Notes under the pieces: generated by a model | What the model was told of the DNA's origin: nothing | The model's input: only the letters and a program-made list of their open reading frames with translations | Databases searched by the model: none | In this document: piece by piece, positions 28,613-34,006 of the stretch | Position numbering within the stretch: the first letter of the stretch is position 1 | How the letters are laid out: each line of letters starts with the position of its first letter | Assembly: GCA_025999215.1 (NCBI GenBank) | Contig: AP024679.1 | Span: forward strand, 1-34,006 | Direction of reading: 5' to 3' | DNA from: Candidatus Dojkabacteria bacterium | Lineage (GTDB): Bacteria; Patescibacteriota; Dojkabacteria; J137 | Length of the DNA: 34,006 nucleotides | Position numbers and translations under genes: made by a program

Positions 28613-29132
28613 TTAATAATTATCAGATTTATACAAAATTGTATTTAATAAATCTATAAAAAAAATTTCTGCTTCACACTTTTCATAATTTGGGTCTTTT
28701 TGTTCATAATAACTAGTCTTTATATAAGGTCCTTTGTATCAAAGTTAGAAACTAACACATGCTCATATTCGTCTGCATTTATTTTTAAAATATTTAACCA
28801 GTCATGATTCGACCCTTTAAGACTTGATCATCCTTGCCATATTGCCATTTACCTAACACTGGCTTAAAATCTTCATAATCGTATTTCACCTGGACTTCGT
28901 CTGGAGATAAGGTAATTTTTGCAGCAACTATACTGTCGCCAATACTACTCCAGGTCCCAACTATAAATTCTTCACTAAATCTCTCCCAGCACATATCTTT
29001 TGCATTTAAAGTGTTTTCAAGGTTTTTAAATGTTTCTTTTTTACTGACATCAAGTAAAAAATTAATACTGAAAATGGATGTAAACAAGAAAAAAGTTAAT
29101 ACTCCTAGTAGAAATATTTTAATCTTCTTCAT
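28613..29132 (-). pseudogene. Hypothetical signal-anchored protein; the 112-aa ORF (28794..29132) plus two downstream frame-shifted open segments reach a stop 12 nt before the next gene
   Basis: N-terminal MKKIKIFLLGVLTFFLFTSIF. After the stop at 28794 other frames read ...NHDWLNILKINADEYEHVLVSNFD and YKGPYIKTSYYEQKDPNYEKCEAEIFFIDLLNTILYKSDNY*. Confidence 0.4.
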
Positions 29133-29234
29133 ATTATCTTATAATTTTAAATATCTCTTTTTTTACTATTATTCAGAGAAATCTGATACTCTTAAAATTC
29201 ACTTACCTGTTAAACTTTATAATTTCAATTATTT

Positions 29235-30029
29235 TCAATAATAATCTTTTGCAAGCTCAGATACGTTAATTGAACCATCTCCTTTGAATGTCTCAACTGT
29301 TTCGTTTCCTTTCTTCACTGTATATATATATTCAATATTGTCTTCAAAAACAGGTGCAGGTGAAAGCATTTTTGTAATCTCTAGAAAAAGTATGATTTTA
29401 TCTCCATCCCATACTCCTTCTCGGTAAACTTCTCCTGATTTTGCTGGTCCACTTATGAAACTAGAAACCAATCTGTTAATTTCTTTATCAAACTTAGGGT
29501 CGGGATATCTCTCAAAATTTTCCACATACTCAAGCGAATTATCTTTGTAAATCCAAGCTGAATAAATCTGGTTAATATCGTAATTTGTCCCATACTGAAC
29601 TAGAAAATCATCTTGATTATCCCCGTTAATATCCATTAATCTTATATTATCTTTCGGTAATGAACCTTGACGAAAGTACTGGTCTGCCATAACTTTCATA
29701 TCTAAAATATTAACCACACATATATATGCTAAGGTATTACTAGCTTTATCACTAGTTATGGTAAAGATGAGAACATTACTTTGATTCAGCATTTCTTTTT
29801 TGACAAATACATTACCATTATTTATGAATACTGGCAAATTAGCACTAGTAGCAACAACATCTTCCTTTAACATGCTTAGAATTTGATCTCTCTTTGAACA
29901 TTGCTTAGATACATCTGAAATAGTCGGATAACTCTCTTGCTCATTGTCGTTCAAGTTTAAGCTAAAAATATTTATCAAAACTCCAAAAAATAAAAGTACT
30001 GTTATTACTACAAATATCTTTTTATTCAT
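29235..30029 (-). CDS. Signal-anchored protein, paralog of 30686..31411; candidate immunity protein for the adjacent GH19-like module
   Basis: TM helix IFVVITVLLFFGVLINIF. MDINGDNQDDFLV and YPDPKFDKEINRLVSS align with DLNLDNENEILIL and LFNPVFDPSTERLISS of the paralog. ATGAATAA 8-nt overlap with the upstream gene. Confidence 0.55.
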   Translation of the reverse strand: MNKKIFVVITVLLFFGVLINIFSLNLNDNEQESYPTISDVSKQCSKRDQILSMLKEDVVATSANLPVFINNGNVFVKKEMLNQSNVLIFTITSDKASNTLAYICVVNILDMKVMADQYFRQGSLPKDNIRLMDINGDNQDDFLVQYGTNYDINQIYSAWIYKDNSLEYVENFERYPDPKFDKEINRLVSSFISGPAKSGEVYREGVWDGDKIILFLEITKMLSPAPVFEDNIEYIYTVKKGNETVETFKGDGSINVSELAKDYY

Positions 30030-30513
30030 AATTATATTTATTAAAAATTAGTAAATAACTGTGAGCTATTGAAGCAAAGGAGCTTCCACGTTCAGATACA
30101 TCATCATTTATAATATCTCTAGAATTATAAAAATCGAAACTACCATCTGGTTGGTCATAATCACTCAACTTTTTCCCCCTAAAGACTCCATTTAGTGCTC
30201 CATTTATTAAAATATCTGCTGATAAATGCTTTTCTTTTGCGACCAAATCAGGATTATTGATTAGTGGATATCCGGTTCTATTCTCTTCTCTTGCATAGTT
30301 ATACTTGCCTGTAAGTTGAGTGTAACCTCTGCCCTTATATTTAGGTCCATCTCCAATCTCAGTATTTCCTAATGCATGCGCAAGACATCCCGTATTTGGG
30401 TTGTTGTCTGTGCATGTCCAGTAAGAAATATCATATGCATCTCCTGAAGCTAACTCTGTCATAAAGGTTCCATAATTTGATTTAAATTGAGCTGTAGCTA
30501 AAGTGAAAGCCAT
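30022..30513 (-). CDS. Stand-alone GH19-like (COG3179 predicted chitinase / lysozyme-like) module, degenerate orphan copy of the C-terminus of the giant protein
   Basis: GDGPKYKGRGYTQLTGKYNYA, NNPDLV, LSDYD and DFYNSRDIINDD align with the 31416.. protein. Homology continues upstream of the ATG up to a stop at 30616-30618. Confidence 0.7.
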   Translation of the reverse strand: MAFTLATAQFKSNYGTFMTELASGDAYDISYWTCTDNNPNTGCLAHALGNTEIGDGPKYKGRGYTQLTGKYNYAREENRTGYPLINNPDLVAKEKHLSADILINGALNGVFRGKKLSDYDQPDGSFDFYNSRDIINDDVSERGSSFASIAHSYLLIFNKYNYE

Positions 30514-30685
30514 ATAATTTTTATTAGTGATATTATACTCTTTTAATTTTTCTAAAAGAATTTTCGTTGTTTCAACACATATTTCTTTTCTTATGCAATT
30601 ACAGAACCCAATATTTTACATTTTTTTTATTACATTTAACGATTCTATAATAAAAAAACAGCCGTTAATCATTCTAATCGTTTTA

Positions 30686-31411
30686 TCATAAACTAAGATA
30701 ATATTCATTAATAGGAATCTTCTCTATAACTCCTGGAGCTGTTACACTTTCTACATACTCATTAACGAGTTCTAGCTTATATTCATCCGTATATATATAT
30801 TCCTGTATTAAGAAATCACTTGCTCTAATTTTTTTGGAGCTTATTAACCTCTCTGTGCTTGGATCAAAAACAGGGTTAAAAAGTTTTACATCATTTTCTA
30901 ACCTTAACAATTTTCCATTTATTAAAGAAAAAATATAAAAGCTTTTTGATGTCCCCATATCTAGTAACCTGTTTAGTATTAAAATCTCGTTCTCATTGTC
31001 TAAATTAAGATCCTCAACTGATATAATTGGTACATCTTGCCAAATCTCTAAATCATATTCAATATAAAATATATCCTTCCAAATATCAGTCTGTTTTACA
31101 GATATACATAACGTATCATAACTTGAAGCGGATATCTCATTTGAAGGCAACACCTTTACCGCATATAATGAGCCGTTTGCAAATATGTCCCCTACTACGC
31201 TTGATTGATAGTTTTTTTTCCTTGGATCATACTTCTCAAAATTAATAAGATCAAGTCCACATGGTAGATTATTAGCTTGAATATTTTCTGAAATAGCATC
31301 CCTTATCTCTTCAGAATATTCTCTTAAATACATCGATTTATAAAGCAATAAAGCTGTAAGTATTACTAGTAATGTAATAGCGATAAAAAATATGGTTATT
31401 TTGTTTAACAT
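30686..31411 (-). CDS. Signal-anchored protein, candidate immunity protein for the GH19-like effector domain (start moved to ATG at 31411, 4 nt after the effector stop)
   Basis: TM helix ITIFFIAITLLVILTALLLY. DLNLDNENEILIL acidic loop. Paralogous to 29235..30029. Confidence 0.55.
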   Translation of the reverse strand: MLNKITIFFIAITLLVILTALLLYKSMYLREYSEEIRDAISENIQANNLPCGLDLINFEKYDPRKKNYQSSVVGDIFANGSLYAVKVLPSNEISASSYDTLCISVKQTDIWKDIFYIEYDLEIWQDVPIISVEDLNLDNENEILILNRLLDMGTSKSFYIFSLINGKLLRLENDVKLFNPVFDPSTERLISSKKIRASDFLIQEYIYTDEYKLELVNEYVESVTAPGVIEKIPINEYYLSL

Positions 31412-31415
31412 TTGG

Positions 31416-34006
31416 CTAATATTTAATAAGTATTGGTAAAAACATATTTTTTGCATACAGCGCTATATACTCACCTACAGTTAATCCATGGGTCCATGGG
31501 TAAGAAGTATAATTTGTATCACCATTAATTATCCACCTAGCATTTACAAAATCATACCCGCCCCCTGGAAGATCATAGTCTGAGAGCCCTACTGATCTAA
31601 AAAGCCCTCGGTTCATTCCTATAACTAGAATTTTAGCTGAAAATTCTTCACTTAGCACTAGTTCTGGATTCAAGACTATGTCTATACCTAAAATATCCTT
31701 AAACTTAGAATAATTATATTTGCCTGTGATTTGAACGTATCCTCTACCTCTATATTTATATCCATCTCCATTTGTGTAAGATAAATTTGGTGATAGATTT
31801 GGTTCATTACCAAGTGAATTCCCTACTGCATCATAGTTTTTTTGAGCAGTTGTCGGACCCCATACTTCCTCGATTACATTTATACTTGATGATTCGTGGT
31901 ATGCTGTTGCAAGAATGTAAGCCATATAATTGTCATTCTGAGCAATACCTAATTCTTCTGCTTCAGTGAAAATTGCAATGAGATCATCTCTTTTATTTTC
32001 ACCTAATAAGCCCACAAGCGTATTAACTAACTCTAAGTCATACTTATAATCACTTATACAAACCGCACTACACCCGTCCCCACTAACATTATTCCCATCA
32101 TCACAAACTTCCCCAACCTCTAATTTTCCATTACCGCATATACTCTTATCTCTTCCATCTGGACATACAGTAGCGCCTGCAGGATCATAAGCGATTGTTT
32201 TGGTATTTTTTAAATATGTTATTTTTGTGTTGTTAAAATCTTGATAAGATTCATTCAATTTACTTACTTCATTTCCTTTTGGTAATCCAAACCATTCTGC
32301 GCCACCATTTTCAAAGAAATTTTTTCCAATACTACTGTTTCCATATACTACCCAATATTGTTCCCCATGTCTATATATTGCACCATTCTCCATATTCCAA
32401 TAATTTCCTCTAGACCCACACACTGCCTCTACGAAAATTGATTTATCAAAACTATTTTGCGGAAACCCTAATCTACCAAGTCCTCCATAATCGTTATAAG
32501 CATTTCTAATGTTTCCTTCTAGAATCACCACATCTTTTCCACCTTGTTCTTCAACGTAAAAATCAAAAACTTTATAATCTTTATGAAATCTTTGAGCAAA
32601 ACCTGGGGTGCCTTCGTAGCCAAAAACTTTCTCAGTATCATTTTCAGGTAAACCATACGTATTACAAGCGCCATTATCCTCCCAAACCGTATAAATAGAA
32701 CCTCTGATTACTCTAACATTATTGTAATAAGGATCATAGTAGACAATACCGTTTGGTATCAAATGAGCTTTAAAATCATCTGTATTGCAAACTGAGATCA
32801 AATTTACTCTTTTATAATCTCCGCCCAAATCTTCAACTTTATTTTTTAATAACATTTCCCAATCTTCAATAATTCTTTCACAGTATTGCCCGGCTTCTGC
32901 TTTTACACATGTACCTAATTCCATATCACTTTCATCTTGAAATACTTTCAAAGGATAACCTATCTGTGCTAACCCACCTTCACGCTCAACTATATTTCGA
33001 GGAATGCCCTCCAATATCAAAAGCTCTCCACCATCTACCTGATAAAAATCATAAATTAATTTGTCGTTAATAAACCTTTGAGAATAACCAGAACTAAATT
33101 TTGAAGCACTTCTTGAAGTATCATTTTCTGGCTCTCCATAAGTTTCACATTTTAAAAACCATGATTTAAATATGTCGCCTGTTATTAACTTGACAGATTT
33201 TTCATTTGAAGAATAAATAGCAATACCATTATTTAAATCAACTGATGGAAATCCGCATACTTCATATATGTCATTTAGTAAAATTTCTCGATTTAGTTTT
33301 GCTTCAAACATTAATTGCAAATAATTTTTTTCAAGTATTTTATCTTCACATATTCTTTCACCTTCATAATCTTGACATTTAGTGTTAACTCCGTTTTCAC
33401 TATGTTTGTATACTTCACTTTTTGGCCATCCAAATTTAGAACTCGTTCCTCCAGTATCTTCAAATATCTTACTTATTTTTCCATAAACGAACTTTCCTTC
33501 GTGCTTTTTGCTCCAATAAATTCGACCGCCAAATTCTCCATAACCACCATTTATTAGCGGTTTAGAAAAATTTTGAAAATAGCCAAAAGTATTGCTTGGA
33601 CCTTTTGCGCCTATACTTTGATCTTCTATAGGAATACCAAACCTATCACATCTATCTTCAAACCATTTATAGGTTCTATAGACCCCTCCATAACTCATAA
33701 CAGCCTTGCTTCCTGTGTATAAAATAATTCCTTCATCTTTTGTATCGCTCGATATTTTTTCAACGTACTTAAATTTATACCCACATGTTTCAAATAAATT
33801 GCTTATGTTTTGGCTTCCTAAAGTCTGAGCTCGCTCATCAATAGCTTTTTCAGCATCACTACGATTATCAGGCAATCTTCCACCTTCAAAAAGTTGGTAG
33901 TAATAATTTGTTACCTTTTTCATTTCGCTTATAGGAAAACCTAGTCTACCCGCTGTGCCATTTAACTGCAAATGTATTCTATAAACTTCACTTAAACTCG
34001 CAAATG
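31416..34006 (-). CDS. Giant multidomain protein (N-terminus beyond window): LGFP repeats x at least 8, Myxococcus-type Cys-rich repeat, C-terminal GH19-like peptidoglycan hydrolase domain
   Basis: The frame stays open to base 34006 (FASLSEVYRIH precedes the TTG used by the track). Repeats include GRLGFPIS, DRFGIPIE, SKFGWPKSE, ETYGEPEND, AQIGYPLK, NTYGLPEND, GRLGFPQNS and EWFGLPKGN. Cys-rich repeat CGNGKLEVGEVCDDGNNVSGDGCSAVC. Hydrolase blocks ATAYHESS and GDGYKYRGRGYVQITGKYNY. Confidence 0.8.
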   Translation of the reverse strand, partial: FASLSEVYRIHLQLNGTAGRLGFPISEMKKVTNYYYQLFEGGRLPDNRSDAEKAIDERAQTLGSQNISNLFETCGYKFKYVEKISSDTKDEGIILYTGSKAVMSYGGVYRTYKWFEDRCDRFGIPIEDQSIGAKGPSNTFGYFQNFSKPLINGGYGEFGGRIYWSKKHEGKFVYGKISKIFEDTGGTSSKFGWPKSEVYKHSENGVNTKCQDYEGERICEDKILEKNYLQLMFEAKLNREILLNDIYEVCGFPSVDLNNGIAIYSSNEKSVKLITGDIFKSWFLKCETYGEPENDTSRSASKFSSGYSQRFINDKLIYDFYQVDGGELLILEGIPRNIVEREGGLAQIGYPLKVFQDESDMELGTCVKAEAGQYCERIIEDWEMLLKNKVEDLGGDYKRVNLISVCNTDDFKAHLIPNGIVYYDPYYNNVRVIRGSIYTVWEDNGACNTYGLPENDTEKVFGYEGTPGFAQRFHKDYKVFDFYVEEQGGKDVVILEGNIRNAYNDYGGLGRLGFPQNSFDKSIFVEAVCGSRGNYWNMENGAIYRHGEQYWVVYGNSSIGKNFFENGGAEWFGLPKGNEVSKLNESYQDFNNTKITYLKNTKTIAYDPAGATVCPDGRDKSICGNGKLEVGEVCDDGNNVSGDGCSAVCISDYKYDLELVNTLVGLLGENKRDDLIAIFTEAEELGIAQNDNYMAYILATAYHESSSINVIEEVWGPTTAQKNYDAVGNSLGNEPNLSPNLSYTNGDGYKYRGRGYVQITGKYNYSKFKDILGIDIVLNPELVLSEEFSAKILVIGMNRGLFRSVGLSDYDLPGGGYDFVNARWIINGDTNYTSYPWTHGLTVGEYIALYAKNMFLPILIKY

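Noticed and set aside
31412-31456. 15-codon N-terminal extension of the candidate immunity gene overlapping the effector 3' end
   Set aside because: The internal ATG at 31411 gives a standard basic-plus-TM N-terminus and a 4-nt gap after the effector stop. The extension (MQKICFYQYLLNISQ) has no signal-like character.
9348-33557. Other short opposite-strand ORFs in the track: 9348..9548, 11465..11707, 12427..12609, 16873..17061, 19684..19962, 20693..20914, 23969..24154, 24479..24679, 25550..25738, 29011..29241, 31027..31245, 31772..31969 and 33315..33557
   Set aside because: Each is fully embedded antisense in a longer ORF that has homology or clear protein-like composition. The products are short, low-complexity and without recognisable motifs.
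25019-34006. Prophage lysis cassette or mobile element as the explanation for the GH19-like genes
   Set aside because: No integrase, terminase, capsid, tail, holin-like pair, transposase, flanking repeats or tRNA target is visible in the window. The hydrolase is fused to huge repeat regions instead. This cannot be excluded for sequence beyond the window.
1-34006. CRISPR arrays, rRNA genes, large tandem or inverted DNA repeats
   Set aside because: No regularly spaced direct repeats and no rRNA-like conserved stretches were seen. The only repeated sequence is at protein level: the GH19-like modules, their partner genes, and the LGFP modules.

Overview
AT-rich window (about 30% G+C by eye, not computed), densely coded. 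It reads as a streamlined, CPR/Patescibacteria-like bacterial genome; that placement is inference from gene content and protein oddities, with no marker phylogeny. Bases 1-24.8 kb are mostly housekeeping. They hold a sufS fragment, an M23 peptidase, recA, gatB, greA, trpS, tig, and the alpha-operon block infA-rpmJ-rpsM-rpsK-rpsD-rpoA-rplQ followed by rplM-rpsI. Envelope genes are interspersed: a PEGA protein, an epimerase-like/DUF4012-like giant, a VanY-type M15 peptidase, GT1 and GT2 glycosyltransferases, and a cohesin-like surface protein. From about 25.0 kb to the window end everything is on the minus strand and tightly packed, and this is the accessory island of interest. It starts with a very large protein, truncated by the window edge, that carries at least 8 LGFP repeats, a Myxococcus-type Cys-rich repeat and a C-terminal GH19-like (COG3179-type) muramidase domain. 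A translationally coupled signal-anchored protein follows it. Next come a second, degenerate stand-alone copy of the GH19-like module and a paralog of the signal-anchored protein. After these is a run of five more signal-anchored proteins of unknown function. I read this as a polymorphic-toxin-like peptidoglycan-hydrolase effector/immunity locus with an orphan cassette. Other notable points: the M23 peptidase has its two catalytic halves in swapped order (circular permutation). The trigger factor lacks a PPIase domain. L36 carries a roughly 14-aa insertion. Frameshifts and nonsense lesions cluster in non-essential genes (GT1, GT2, recF, the VanY leader, an acidic protein, two island genes), while all core genes are intact. 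No rRNA, tRNA, CRISPR array, transposase or integrase was recognised.
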